Made by a program: the position numbers and the translations under genes
The notes under the pieces: generated by a model
What the model saw: the letters and a program-made list of their open reading frames with translations, nothing else
What the model was told of the DNA's origin: nothing
Database searches by the model: none
Shown here: piece by piece, positions 14,780 to 29,010 of the stretch
Position numbering within the stretch: the stretch's first letter is position 1
Layout of the letters: the number at the start of each line of letters is the position of its first letter
Source of the DNA: Tubiluchus corallicola
Taxonomy: Eukaryota; Animalia; Priapulida
Direction of reading: 5' to 3'
Length of the DNA: 64,000 nucleotides
Assembly (NCBI GenBank): GCA_030141605.1
Contig: JAQGDQ010000353.1
Location: 6,828-70,827 of the forward strand

Positions 14780-15970
14780 AGATTGCAAAATTGTATTCAG
14801 TTGCACACTTGCATATAAAACTCGTCTTTAAAAGGTGTCTTTCAAAAGTTTTGCAAGGCCACATGGACGGACATTCCAGAGACTGGGGCCACTAGACCTA
14901 AAAGAGTGGTTTTGATCACTGTTAAGTTTGTACCCAGGTTGGTACAACAAAGGTCCTTCGTTAGATGTTAACCTATAAGATGAGTGACAAAAGGAAGGTT
15001 TTAATTAAAACACATAGGCTCACTTTTTTTTACAAAGCTGGATGTACGTGAAGAGATTCAAGTGAGGAGATTCAAGTGAAGAGATTCCTCGCTCATAAAG
15101 TGAGGAGAGATTCCTCAATCTCAAGTGAGGAGATTTTTCTGTCCCAAGTGAGGAGGTTCAAGTGAGAAGATTCCTCACTCCCAAGTGAGGAGATTCTTCA
15201 CTCCCAAGTGAGGAGAGTCCTCAATCGCAAGTGAGGAGGTTCAAGTGAGGAGATTCTTCACTCCCAAGTGAGGAGATTCCTCAATCTCAAGTGAGGAGAT
15301 TTTTCTGTCCCAAGTGAGGATGTATAAGTGAGCAGATTCCTCACTCCCAAGTGAGAAGATTCATCACTCACAAGTGAGGAGGTTCCTCAATCTCAAGTGA
15401 GGAGGTTCAAGTGAGGAGATTCTTCAATCCCCAGTGAGGAGATTCCTCAATCCCAAGTGATGAGATTCCTTAGTCCCAAATGAGGAGTTTCCTCAGTCCC
15501 AAGTGGGATTCAGATCCCTTGCTGCTCTGATTAGGATCCTTGGCTTCTTAACCACGAGAAATGGGTCCGAAGAAATTTGCTCTACCTTTGAAAGGCCACG
15601 TGGAGCTAATATAATTGAGTTTATATTGATTCTAATAGGCACAGAAACGGTTCCTTGCATAACCAGTGAATCAAGCACACTCAATTGCTTTCAGTTGCTT
15701 GCTGTGACGATAATAAAATAATTGATGAACCCCGATGATTGACTTTCAGAAATAGAATGAATTCCATTAAAGCAGTCGACTTAATAGCGCAGCTTTTGAA
15801 ATAGTAAAATGTTTTATTGAATTTGATGACGTATATTTTCTATCAAAAATTTAAATTTGTTAATTCAATCCACTCAGTAAAGTTAAACGAGTACACTGAC
15901 TGACTTAAATAAAAAATTAATTGATAACAAAATTGTGGCTATTTAATGTCAATTTCAATTTTTTTCTTTC
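14780..15970 (-). mobile_element. Ancient degenerate CR1/L2-like reverse transcriptase remnant, 3' part
   Basis: Minus-strand motifs in the correct order: ISKAALLSRL, SLVMQGTVSVP (cf. SGVPQGSVLGP), LNYISSTW, RAARDL, SFRSSGPSLWN; many stops and deletions. Confidence 0.55.
15050..15510. repeat. Minisatellite of 23-bp/14-bp CAAGTGAGGAGATT units
   Basis: Direct observation; interrupts the LINE remnant. Confidence 0.92.
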
Positions 15971-15972
15971 TG

Positions 15973-17509
15973 AAGGAATTTAATAAGAAACTTATTAAAG
16001 TTACGACAGTATGAGACTAGATTTTTTAGTAATCAGTATAACTAATTGTAAATAGTCACAGTAATAGGTCTACTTTGTTTTTGTAATTAAGGACCCTTGA
16101 CCATTTCATTCTCTCTGAATTTGAGGAAAGTTTGCTACACTCTTGGCTATGATGTCATTGTTTGTTTGGGGAAAAATTATCTTAGATTTTTCTTGGTTTA
16201 GGCTACCAAATTAGTTTTTTTATATTAACATACTGGGTTTAACTCGTTAGTGAAGTTACAGTTGCAAGGTGTGTGAAGGACAATGTTTGTACAGCATGTA
16301 CATTGTCCTGTACACGAAGGACATTGTTTATACAGTATGTACATTGTTCTGCACATGAACGACATTGTTTGTATAGTATGTGCATTGTTCTGAACAAGAA
16401 AGACATTGTTTGTACAGCATGTACATTGTCCTGCACATGAAGGACGTTGTTTGTACAGCATGTACATTGTCCTGCACATGAAGGACGTTGTTTGTACAGT
16501 ATGTACATTGTCCTGCACATGAAGGACGTTGTTTGTACAGTATGTACATTGTCGTGTGCATGAAGGACATTGTTTATACAGTATGTTCATTGTCCTACAC
16601 ATGAAGGACATTGTTTGTACAGCATGTACATTGTCCTGTACATGAAGGATGTTGTTTGTGCAGTTTGTACATTGTCGTGTACATGAAGGACATTGTTTAT
16701 ACAGTATGTACATTGTTTCCTGCACATGAAGGACATTGTTTGTACAGCGTTAGGTCGTCACTTTCCGATTCGTACAGTGCTCGTTGTAAAACCACCACTT
16801 TTGGGCTTTGATATTTTGATCTCATATGTACATACATGTCAGTCTTACAGGCAAACATCTAGTAAAATTGATTTCTGTTTTGTAATAACTAAGTACTGAC
16901 AGTTACGTGTTAACAGCAATTAGCAGTCGCCCTTTGACCTTCACTTTTGACCTTATGTTGTCATATGCACGCAACAGTTTTAGTAAATCACTTTAGAGCG
17001 TAAGTTGTCACATATTGGAAAACTTCTTTACCGTTTGGCTTCTATCACAAAAACTGCTGGAAGTTTGCTCTGTCTGGCTGACTCGTTCCAATGAGCACTG
17101 TACTAATCGGAAAGTGACGACCTAACGCTTTTTTCAAACAATGTCCTTTGTACAGGACAATGTACATATCGTACAAACATTGTCCTTCACACACCTTGCA
17201 ACTGTAACTTCACTAACGCGTTAAACCCTGCATCTTAATGTTTGGCAAGCCTCAAAGTAAAAAAAAACAAATTTGGTAGCCTAAACCAAGAAACATATAT
17301 GACAATTTTTTCCCAAACAAACAACGACATCATAGCCAAGAGTGTAGCAAACATTCCTCAAATTCAGAAAGGATGAAATGGTCAAGGGTCCTTAATTACA
17401 AAAACAAAGTAGACATATTATTTTGACTATTTACAATCAGTTATACTGATTACTAAACATTCTAGTCTCATACTGTCATAACTTTAATAAGTTTCTTATT
17501 AAATTCCTT
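15973..17509. mobile_element. Foldback element with long inverted arms
   Basis: 15973-16330 plus 16746-16790 is the reverse complement of 17090-17509; ends AAGGAATTTAAT...ATTAAATTCCTT; possible 3-bp TSD CTG. Confidence 0.85.
16275..16747. repeat. 41-bp minisatellite in the left arm of the foldback element
   Basis: Unit GAAGGACATTGTTTGTACAGCATGTACATTGTCCTGCACAT, about 11 copies. Confidence 0.93.
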
Positions 17510-17680
17510 CTGATAGGACTCGTTCCAGTCCTGCGGCGTCTCATTGTAGGTTAAGCTCATGTATGCTAAGTTGGTGAACAGCAATTTGATTATTGAGTGG
17601 CTCAAGTATTTGGGCAAACACCCGTCTAGCTTTACCGGATTATTGCTCGCCAAGAGCGCATTCCTGCAGTATCTGGCGCA
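17510..17680 (-). mobile_element. Ancient CR1/L2-like RT remnant, upstream part
   Basis: Peptide LDGCLPKYL...LFTNLAYMSLTYNETPQDWNES resembles GPDGIxPxxLK...LFNxSLxxGxxPxDWK. Confidence 0.55.
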
Positions 17681-17999
17681 CCGTTGCCAAGCCGTATAGG
17701 TTTCCTTAGAAGACGTGAAAACAGATGTTTTGATGTTAAATACGACTGATCGGGTCAGCTAAAGCAAACAGAACCCGCGTCTTGCACGTGTTTGCATAAA
17801 ACCAAAATTAGACACCTTGGTAAAAATAGTCCCTGCCCACCGTGAAATTCTCCTCGTTAACCAGGTTATTTGTGGCTTCGTCCTTGTTTTTTTTTGGTGG
17901 TTCTACTTCCTGATTGCTCTTTCTTTCACCCCTCCTCTTCCCAAATTTTGCTTTCTGCTTCCCTTTTGTTTCATTTGCTTTGTCACCTCTTTCCCACTT

Positions 18000-18655
<656 letters not shown>

Positions 18656-19337
18656 CCATTTGTCATAAGCGTCACCAGTAGTCATCTACTCCTATCGTTC
18701 TTATAATCAAATTTCTCCCAGTGGTTTAGTGTTCCACTGATTTATTCAATGATTTATTTACTAAAACAATATAAAATATTTTGCATAACCTGTCTTTTAG
18801 TTTTCAGTAGTGAGAGTCACATGATTATTTTAAAAAAACATAAAAATCTTGAGTTTCATTGAAACTTTCTTTTCAATATTAAATTTCCTTTTCTTGATTC
18901 ACTCTTTGTATTCAGATGTGGTGCTTTTAGGAAGATCGTATTTCAGGACTTCCCGTAATGTAACTATATTAGAACTAAATGAGGCTATTTTATCAGTAAT
19001 GTTCTAATATTTCACACGTTCTAAAGCGATTCTACGGGATTTTCTACGGAAATAAGAGCGATTTCCGATATTTTCCCGAGAAGAAATATATGGACGACAA
19101 TGAGCTTTGACGTAACTTCTTCGAAGATTTCTTTCGGTTTCTTCACCCTGTATAAATGAATTCATAAGATGAATGGCGTATTATAGAAGCATGAATTTTT
19201 TTGCAGAAATCAAACCACGCCAAAAAACCTGGCAGAGACTAAATCCACTTCTTTGTTTATGACATTATAACACATGACTAAGTCGTTTTCACACGTCTTT
19301 CTTCAAGAGTTTCGATAAGACTAGTAACGTAACGCAG

Positions 19338-20130
19338 AAGAAAACCCTCCACTTACATAAAGCTTAAAAAATCCGTCTCGAAATTTTATACCACTTACAT
19401 ACTACCTTTTCGTATGCATGGCTTGCATCGGTCGTAACGCTGTATAAAACGTGTAAATTCAAACTCCCGCGATGACCGTTAGGCGCAGCCATTTAAATGG
19501 TAGGTCGTTTGAAACAAGTTTTGATGACATTAAGTAAAATTTTAAAAAATAATCATAGCATTCGTAGCATAAGAGTTTCAAGAGTTTATTCATTTCCACA
19601 TTGCATCTTTAGTTATCATTAAAATACAGATAATTATCCATTTAAGTAAATATAAATATAAATATAAATAAATGCAGTATTAACGAGAAATCACAAAATA
19701 CATGTTGCTAATTAGGTAAACTTTTAAATTACTGTACTTGTCAATAAGATTAGAAATACGTTTTTGGCTAGTGGCGCACCCTGGAGGGTGAGTTAGCGAC
19801 ATTTTACCAATGGGCACAAGCATTTTAAATTATTAGTCTAGTTACATAAGTCTTACCAGCAGGTAAGTGAAGTGCTAAGTAAATATAGATTTTGCACGGA
19901 AAGCTTTTTGGGTCATAATTTAACATTTCCTTTTCTTCCCCTGATTTACGTGGCGTAGTGACGTCATGTAATGGCGCCGTCGGAACTGTATTGCGGGAGA
20001 TTTAAAATGAAAACAAACGAAAATTCCTTTCAACGCGATACGGGTATGTGCATAAAATTGCTGTAAAGTAGTATAATTTTTTAAGGCGATTTTTCTGAAA
20101 CGTACCTCAGGTGCCCCATTTTCCTCTCCT
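19338..20130. mobile_element. Kolobok/T2-type MITE family C with ~130-bp insertion
   Basis: Aligns with 23556-24223; ends CCT|TTAA; extra segment 19572-19700 is absent from other copies. Confidence 0.88.
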
Positions 20131-20379
20131 TTAAGTATATCGAGGCAAGATTAAATTACAATTGTAGAATACCAACATGTAAGGTTCAGCCAAAGACACA
20201 CCTGACAAAATTATTTCACATATTTATCTTTGTTCTGCATTTTTACCACTTCAATTAGCTACGTCTTCGTCTTTACTTTAAAAGTGACAGTGTAATTTTG
20301 GCTGCAGTGTAAGGTCAATTCAAGGCCAATTCAAGATCCTATGCATGCAAATGTGTTCCAAATGTTTTAGGCTGCTGAG

Positions 20380-20720
20380 TATATATATATATATAATAAT
20401 CTTTATTTGCCATTAAAATACATTGATAATCACCGATAAAAACTTTACAGAGATGATCAATCAGTGTTAGTTAATAAAAATTTACACTGCTAAAGGCAAA
20501 TGCGTCAGTGCAATCTAAACTACTGTGCAGTAATGGAAAGTAACGCCGAATAAAATCAAACATATTTACAATTATGCACAAAAAGTGGCCGTGGATATAT
20601 GAATGCTGAATTAGTGTGCATGTTGTCGTATTGGTGTGATGGTATTTCATATCTGGTTAATATTAGTGATTTTAATTTTGTTTTAAATGCTGATAGGGAC
20701 TTGATCTGTTTTGTTACCAA
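20380..20720 (-). mobile_element. L2/CR1-like LINE 3' end, copy 1
   Basis: Minus-strand IKSLSAFKTKLKSLIL, then AATAAA and a (TA)n tail; aligns with 42068-42450. Confidence 0.7.
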
Positions 20721-21394
20721 ATAATGTAGTCAGGCAGCGAGCAAATAATATTAGTGCCAAAAGATCACTGAGTAAACCGCTTCAATCTGACTAGGCTGCT
20801 GAGACACTACTTATATGCACAATTTGCTGAAATGTGATTGTCGCGTGAGACGATCTGCGCAATTGTCTTAACAATTTTCGGAAACAGTAAAACCTGTTGA
20901 AAGCATTTCTTGCTACATCGTCATCTCCATAAAGTCATAAAGCTTTATTTGATCCTGTCCAAATCTAGTCAACATTTCTCTGTAATCTGCCTGTGTTAAA
21001 CCATCGTTTGCGCATGCGTATTCAATATTTCTGCATGATCCGTTTCTACTCAGTTCTTATTTGCGCATGCGTGTATAGAATTAATCACCTACGGCTCGTA
21101 TTTCGTTTCATTAAGAGTCAAATGGCAGCTGGCTTAATTAACACTTACTTGACCTGCCTGACAAAATGGCATCATCAGGACATTCGAGCTTTATTACATG
21201 TAGCTTATGCAAGTGTCGCATGCGGGGCAGTTTAACGAGAAGCCCTTCAACGTTTCAATGTTAATCTGTACTGGCTTCACTGATGCAGAATCAGTGTTAC
21301 ATTGACAGAAAGAGTTTGTTTTAAACAAGTAACTAAGCAAGTATTGGAAAACCATAAGCATTGTGATTATTTAAACACCAGAAAGATTACAACC

Positions 21395-21403
21395 CAACAA
21401 CAA

Positions 21404-21453
<50 letters not shown>

Positions 21454-21777
21454 CCAGCACCAACACCAACACCAACAACAACAGCAGCAGCAGCAGCATT
21501 GACAACAATAACAACATCAACAGCAACACCATCATGAGCAAATTACAACAGCAGCAGCAGTAGCAGCACCAACAACAGCAACAGCAGCAGCAGCAGCAGC
21601 AGCAGTAGCAGCAGCAGCAGCAGGAGCAGCAGCAGCAGCAGGAGCAGCAGCAGCAGCAGCAGCATTGACAAAAATAACAACATCAACAGCAACACCATCA
21701 TGAGCAAATTACAACAGCAGCAGCAGCACTAGCAACGGCAACAGCAACAACAGCAACAGCAGCAGCAACAACAGCAA

Positions 21778-21809
<32 letters not shown>

Positions 21810-21812
21810 ACA
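21395..21812. repeat. (CAG/CAA)n repeat with internal duplication
   Basis: Direct observation; in-frame stops, no splice context. Confidence 0.93.
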
Positions 21813-22279
21813 GTAACTCAACTAAAAAATCAGTCAAATTTGTAGTCATTCGTAACTTTATGAGCGGTGTGCAAAATAGACAATGTGAGTGAAATCAAAC
21901 GTACCCAGAAGTTTCATGGCAAAGCAATTAATTTCACATTTGTCTAAAAAACTTCAATATTTAAAGGAATACAGGATATACTACAGAAACTTACATAACA
22001 AATGTAACCAAAAACTGAATTAACGCAGAGTTTAACGTGGCTTCTTTTACAGTTCTTCCTTGTAGATTGCGCAATGTAGCCAGTGAATATATAAAAATAC
22101 ACGGAAAGATGTTTCTTTTGTCGAGTGGGAGGAAATCCCTAAAACATTTGTTTTCTCCGTGTTAAAGGGTTGCTCTAATCTTAAAGAGATTGTTACTTTT
22201 GCGTGTAAGACTTTTGCCATTATGAACGTATAAACGGTTTAGGCAACACAGCAAAACATAAGCTAGCAAATCCAATTAA

Positions 22280-22590
22280 AGGAAAACCGGATGATTGTGT
22301 AAACATTAGTTCAGAATAAAGAATGCTCTAAAATACTGAAAACTACAATAGCTTTTTCAAATCAAAGTTTAGATTAAATAATAATTACCTCGGATACTCA
22401 AATTTCGATAAACTTTCAAAGCTACGCGCGGCTCAGGGAATCTACTAGGGCGCCTTTTTGTCACATGCGCGTGGCCGACAAATAGAAGGCTGTACCGTGA
22501 TAACCATGGTCATGAACTGCTGTGTTAGTTTCATGACGTCATGTGATGTAAAGCCCATTTTTCTGACATCATGCGTTTAAGCAGTAACAC
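22280..22590. mobile_element. Kolobok/T2-type MITE family B, truncated
   Basis: TTAA|AGGAAAACCGG start; aligns with the first half of 23005-23551. Confidence 0.85.
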
Positions 22591-22596
22591 AGTAGC

Positions 22597-22698
<102 letters not shown>

Positions 22699-23004
22699 GA
22701 GCAAGACAGTAGGAAAGAAAAAGAGAATCGAAACTCACTGTAAAATGTATTGAAGTAAAATAATTATTTTTCGCTCAAGTTGTTCTGCAGACAATAATCT
22801 TATTCTAGCAGCACAAAATCAATGTTTACGTAATTAGTGCTATTTTCTTGCCTCAAGGATGTATGCTTAATTAAATAGGTTACAGACAAACTGGCATGAG
22901 ATGCATAATTTGCTTGGCTGTGAACAATCCACACAGCACATAAAAAGAGTCTGAAGAAAACAATACCAAAGAGGGCTTCACTACAAAGTAGACACCTTAC
23001 TTAA

Positions 23005-23551
23005 AGGAAAACCGGATGAATGTATAACATTAGTTCAGAATAAAGAGTGCTCTAAAATATTGAAAACTACAATAGCTTTCTTTATATCAAAGCTTAGATT
23101 AAATAATAATTACCTCGGATGCTCAAATTTCGTTAAACTTTCAAACCTACGCGCGGCTCAGTGAATCCACTAAGATTGGCAGCGGCGCCTTTTTGTCACG
23201 TTCGCATAGCCGGCAAATAGAAGGCGGTACCGTGATAACCATGATCATGAACTGCTGTGTTAGTTTCTGACCTCATATGACGTAGAGCCCATTTTCATGA
23301 CATCACGCCTTTAAGCAGTACTGTACAACTTACGCAGACGTGCTTGACGCACAAGGGAAGATGCCTGCCATTGCACAAACTGTGGTTAGTTTCTGACGTA
23401 AGCAATAACTGTGTTCGGTTGCCGTTAATTAATTTTCTAAGTTAATTATTCATATATAATGAACAATTGCTAACTTTTATAGGCAAGAAACTGTATATTT
23501 TGGATAGCAAATTAAAATGAGATTGAGTCTTAACAATCGTCCGGTCTTTCT
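23005..23551. mobile_element. Kolobok/T2-type MITE family B, full length
   Basis: TTAA|AGGAAAACCGGA ... TCCGGTCTTTCT|TTAA; further copies at 50583, 58369, 22280, 38786. Confidence 0.9.
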
Positions 23552-23555
23552 TTAA

Positions 23556-24223
23556 AGCACAAGAAAACCCTCCACTTACATAAGCTTAAAAAATTCGTCT
23601 CGAAATTTTATACCACTTACATACTGCCTTTTCGTATGCATGGCTTGCATCGGACGTAACGCTGTATAAAACATGTAAATTTAAACTCCCGCGATGACCG
23701 TTAGGCGCAGCCATTTAAATGGTAGGTCGTTTGAAATAAGTTTTGATAACTTTGAGGAAAGTTTGAAAAAAAAATCAGAGCATCCGTAGCATACATGTTG
23801 CTAATTAAGAAAAACTTTAAATTACTGTATCTTGTCAATAAGAATAAAAATGCGTTTTTGGCTAGTGAGTGGCGCACCCTGGAGGGTGAATCAGCGACAT
23901 TTGACCAACTGGCACAAACATTAAAATGATTATTCTAGTTAGATAAGTGTTTCCAGCAGGTAAGCGAAATGTAAGTAATATAGATTTGCACGGAAAGTTT
24001 TTTGGGTCATAATTTAACATTGCCTTTTCTTCCCCTGATTTACGTGGCGTAGTGACGTCATGTAATGGCGTCGTCGGAACAGTATTGAGGGAGATTTAAA
24101 ATGAAAACAAACGAAAATTCCTTTCAACGCGAATACGATATGTGCATAAAATTGCTGTAAAGTAGTATAATTTTTTAAGGCGATTTTTCTGAAAGCTACT
24201 TTAGGTGCCTCTTTTCTTGCCCT
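23556..24223. mobile_element. Kolobok/T2-type MITE family C, full length
   Basis: TTAA|AGCACAAGAAAA ... TTTTCTTGCCCT|TTAA; shares TTAA 23552-23555 with the family B copy. Confidence 0.9.
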
Positions 24224-25251
24224 TTAAGCAAATTTCAAAACACTTGAGACACAAATAGATGGGTATTAGGCAAGAACCGTAGAACCATGTTTATACAGAT
24301 GGTAATCGTGTTAGCAAAGAAATGGATTTTGTTTGTTTTTTACATTATCGTTCTAAAGACCATGTAACAGACACTTGTATGTATAGCGTTGTAAATACAA
24401 AATGTACTACAATGTTATGATACATTTTGTCATGGTGCTGTAGTGCGGAATAATGCGTTCAGTACAACAAAACAAGCCGGTAATATGAGTAACATTTAAG
24501 AAACTTTGAAAAAATACTAACCGGAAACTGTGTGATTTGATAAGTGAAGTAAGATTTTCTACGATAATTCTATAATTTTATCATGCTAATCAAGATTTCA
24601 TATTCTTACCTGTACATTTAGTCTATTTGCATATATTTGTTTGTTTATATTGTACTAACCATGTACCATGTATGCTCTACTTTTAGCTGTCATTTTACTC
24701 TCCATACATTGTCAATATATTTTACGATGTTTTTAATGGACATATAAGTTTCTTGACTTCTGTTCATAGGTATGTTATAAATAAAAAATAAATAATAAAC
24801 GCGACAAAATTTGAATAAAAGTCTCCGTTCTTTGCCTATTAGTTTAACGTAAGTACATGCCATATTAAAATCCTTTGTCCTTGGCATCCCATTGCGCCAT
24901 TAATTTATTGTTTACCAGATTTGTAGTGAAACCGTAAGCTTTCCATACCCATTATCTTAATATGTTCTAAATAAATGCTATTTTACTCAGGCGGCAGCAT
25001 TCTGATGTGCCACTTACCGCATTATTTCTGGCATGTAAAGCCGTATCAAAGCAGTGAAGGTTATCAAACAGATATCCTTATGCAGCGACAGTAAATGTTA
25101 TGAATTTTTGATAGGTTTCTTGGCACGACAGTTTATATGTGTTTTATGTTAAATGAGATGAGATGAGATGTGTTTTATTCCAGGTAAAAACCCATAATAA
25201 ACCACAGACTACACAAGTTACATTATAAGTTAAAATACGAATTATGTTTAA

Positions 25252-25864
25252 AGGAAGACAGGATGATTTTTCATATACTACCCCATTTTCAAGTCGGATA
25301 AAGAGTATACATTTTAACACAATTAATACTCCAAAAGCGTTTCTGATAATTAAATAATAGATTGAAAACTTAAGTAACGGCAGGCGGCCACAACTATTGT
25401 TAACATCACAAACTAACATGATTTTCAACAGCAACAATATTCCACGAGCGTGTTTGCCCGTATTTGTGAAAGCGAAAATTGAAGTACAGAGCTACTGTAA
25501 GGTGTGTTGTACTAAAACTAGGCAAGTTTTAAGATAGAAATTCAAATTTCAAATTTACCGCTGTGCTCACGCATGAGCTGTCGAACGTGTGTAGTTCGTC
25601 ACAAACTAAGTCATCTGCACTGAGAGGTACAGCACCTGTTTTTGTGTAACGCGTTTTCGAACTGCAGACGCTAGTGCCCGTCTAACTAACGAATGGCGAA
25701 ATGCATGTAACAGCAAGGAACTAGAGGCGCGAACGCGAAATTGTGTTTGCGTGGTAATAACTCTTTCACATAAGTCATTGTTTAAAAAAATTGTATGTTT
25801 CCTTTCAATATTTTAAAGAATAAATTGTTTTGACCTACAGTTTAACATTGGGTTCAGTTTTGCT
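25252..25864. mobile_element. Kolobok/T2-type MITE family A, full length
   Basis: TTAA|AGGAAGACAGG ... CAGTTTTGCT|TTAA; partial copies at 1229, 59153 and 50490-50566. Confidence 0.8.
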
Positions 25865-26321
25865 TTAACTAATAATGTTATTTGGTCCACAGATAGTCTC
25901 TGCTCGGTCATGTTCTTTGCGTTCGGCCAAGCCTGGTAGCGAACCTGAATTGTATCAATTTTCTTGCCAGTTTTAGGACCTTAACGTATTTGTTATCCAG
26001 GTTAGCCGTGAGAAGTGGTTTCTTGTAACAGTAATTTCAAGTTTCTTAATTATTTACCTATTGTAACAGTGAGTTGTAGGACAATTCGCCATCTTGTTTT
26101 CTTTCATGTAAACATTCAGAACACACAACATTTTAGTTAGAGTTTATAACTCTTTTTTAGAAATAATTAGTTATTAATGTGCAAAATTTTCTCACATCCC
26201 TTCAAACGTTTCATAGAACTCTCATTACCCTGAAAATAGAGGGTCTCTGCATTGTATATTTGTAAATATTGTACATGTGTGTAATTTTAAATTTTAAATA
26301 AAGAATTATAATAATAATAAT

Positions 26322-26800
26322 GTAGGTTTTACATGTCAAATGTAGGCCTGCGTTAACTCAAATGTAGACTTAGGTAATTCAAATGTGTTAACAATGGTTT
26401 TCAACAAATCTTGAGCGCTCTTGGTAAGTCTTGGTATTTCAAATGTGGACACATGCACACATGTCAAGTCAAATGCGACATTGGTATCTCAAATGTGGAT
26501 AGGTGTTAAAGTTTAAGGATATTAAATTTAATCTTCTTTAATTTCAATTTAATAATTACTCCTAACTTGAAATAACAACGTTATAGGCCTACTAATAGAT
26601 GCACTATCTTTGGTTTATCTTTTTCTAATTTGCGCCTAAATAACTTAATTACCGATTCATTCAAAGTATTGCATCTACATTTGACTTACCTAAGTCACAT
26701 TTGAGTTACCAAAACACATTCGAAATTCCTATGTCCACATTTGACTTACCTAACTCACATTTGAACTTTCCTATGTCTACATTTGACGTGTAAAACCTAT
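26322..26800. mobile_element. Foldback-like element built of TCAAATGT subrepeats
   Basis: TAGGTTTTACATGTCAAATGTAG ... CTACATTTGACGTGTAAAACCTA inverted ends; right half duplicated at ~32837-33332. Confidence 0.7.
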
Positions 26801-27587
26801 ATACAAATGTGGTTTCTTTGCATTGTTGTAGTCTGTTGTTTATTGTACACAGTTTTTCTCCTTTGTTTTCTGTTTTATTTTTCAATAATCATACTATATA
26901 CTGGCTTATACTGTATTGTATATTTGTAAATACTGTACATGTGTGTAATTTTAAATTTTAAATAAAGAACTATAATAGTAATAATAATAGTAATAATAAT
27001 TGTAACATGATAAGAGCCTGTTTCACATTTCACGGTTGCAATATGTTTTAATTTAATTTAAATTTAAATTTGCATGTGTAATATCAACATAAATTAAACG
27101 AAGTAAAAGTTCAAAAAGTTAATAAAAGAGGCTATTAAAAAGTAGTTGTTCTGTAAGAAAAGCTGCAACACTTTAGAAAATTACTGTGACTTTTGTTGAG
27201 GTGGATGAAATAGAAGTCAAACTGGAAAGAGAAAAAGAGGTTGTTCTTGTAGGCTTCAAATCGCTTCTCACTTCCGGCTTTACTTCCGTTTCGTAAACTA
27301 GAATTCTATGAAAGTGAGGATAATGAGAGAAATCTAGAAAATGTTTTTAATCACGGCTTATGGCAAAAGAGCCAACGCGCAGATCTTACGATGACTATCC
27401 GGGGCGGATCCAGGTCATGAGAATGGGGGTGCGAAGACGTCAAAATAGAACCCTGCGTCTGTCCACAACCTCCAGGGCGGAATTAATGCATAAGCAAACT
27501 AAGTACCAAGGCTCCATGGGGCACCAAGCTCGCAAAAAATAAATTAAAAACAGAAAAGTTTCAATAAAGTATGATAAAGACCTTTAA

Positions 27588-28257
27588 AGGACAAGAAAAG
27601 GGGTGCCTGAAGTAGGTTTCAGAAAAGTCGACTTAAAAATTACATTATTTTACAGTATTTTTACTAATATATTGTACTCAGGTTAAAAGAAATCTTTGTT
27701 TGCTTTCATTTTAAATCTCCCGCAACGCTGTTCCGTCGGCGCCATTACGTGGCGTCATCTTCGCAAACGCAAATCAGGGGAAGAAAAGTAAATGTTAAAT
27801 TATGACCCAAAAAACTTTCCATGCAAATCTGTTTCCCTTTGCATTTCACTTACCTGCTGCGAATTTCTTACGTAACTAAAAATAATAATTTAAAATGTTT
27901 GTGCCAGTTGGTAAAATGTCGCTGGCTCACTCTCCAGGGTGCACCACTTACTAACCAAAAATGTATTTTTAATCTTATTGACAAGATACAGTAATTTAAA
28001 ATTTTACTTAGTAAGGTGTGTGCTACGAATGCTCTGATTATTTTTTCAAACTTTACTTAATGTTATCTAAACTTGTTTAAAATGAGTTATCGTAAAAATG
28101 CCTGCGTCTAACGGTCATCGCGGGAGTTTAAATTTACAAGTTTTATACAGCGTTACTGCCGTCGCAAGGCCTGCATGCAAAAAGGCAGTTTGTAACTGGT
28201 ATAAAATTTCAAGACGAATTTTTTAAGCTTTATATAAGCGAGGGATTTTCTTGTGCT
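27588..28257. mobile_element. Kolobok/T2-type MITE family C, full length, inverted
   Basis: TTAA|AGGACAAGAAAA ... TTTTCTTGTGCT|TTAA; reverse complement of 23556-24223. Confidence 0.9.
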
Positions 28258-28279
28258 TTAAGTATTCAACAGTTCAAAA

Positions 28280-28313
<34 letters not shown>

Positions 28314-28945
28314 ACAGAAGATTGGGTATCACGACTGCTTTTTGAGGATGTCATAAAGGGGTTTTGCTTTCCAAAAATTCAGAAACAAACTCTGTAAACG
28401 CCTCTTTAGAATCATGGAACGAATATCGTTAATGAGAAATCTTTGGTGAACACACAATTACTGTTTGCTCTGTACAGTGTACAGGCTACATTTTCAGTCA
28501 AATAAATTCATTTAATTAAAATTTCATTTTGAAATGAATAAACAATTTGAGTGGCATGAATCCTGTCTAGAGCAATGGAGTTTATTTTATATGTGATGTC
28601 GCATAGTTTGTATGACATTTAAGTATGCTTTGAACCACCAAACGTGCACTTGGTGATGGGGGGGGGGACAAAGGAAAGGTCGGGGCGCCATGTGCTTAAG
28701 GCACCAACACACATTTAAGTTCAAGTTTAGTTTATTTCACACTAAGTGTTAAAGTAAACAATATGCAATACAAACAATATGCAACACGCACACACACGCA
28801 CACGCACACGCACACACACACATTATAATTGGGGCAAACTGATTTAGTACAATTGTTCATATAATTTCAGTGTTACAATGCACGTCCGCGACATGTGATT
28901 ATCTGATAAAAGCTGGGAAACACTGACCAAGTTTATATATATATA

Positions 28946-29010
<65 letters not shown>

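Noticed and set aside
21302-21812. Polyglutamine coding exon
   Set aside because: In-frame stops within the CAG tract and no convincing splice sites or complex flanking peptide
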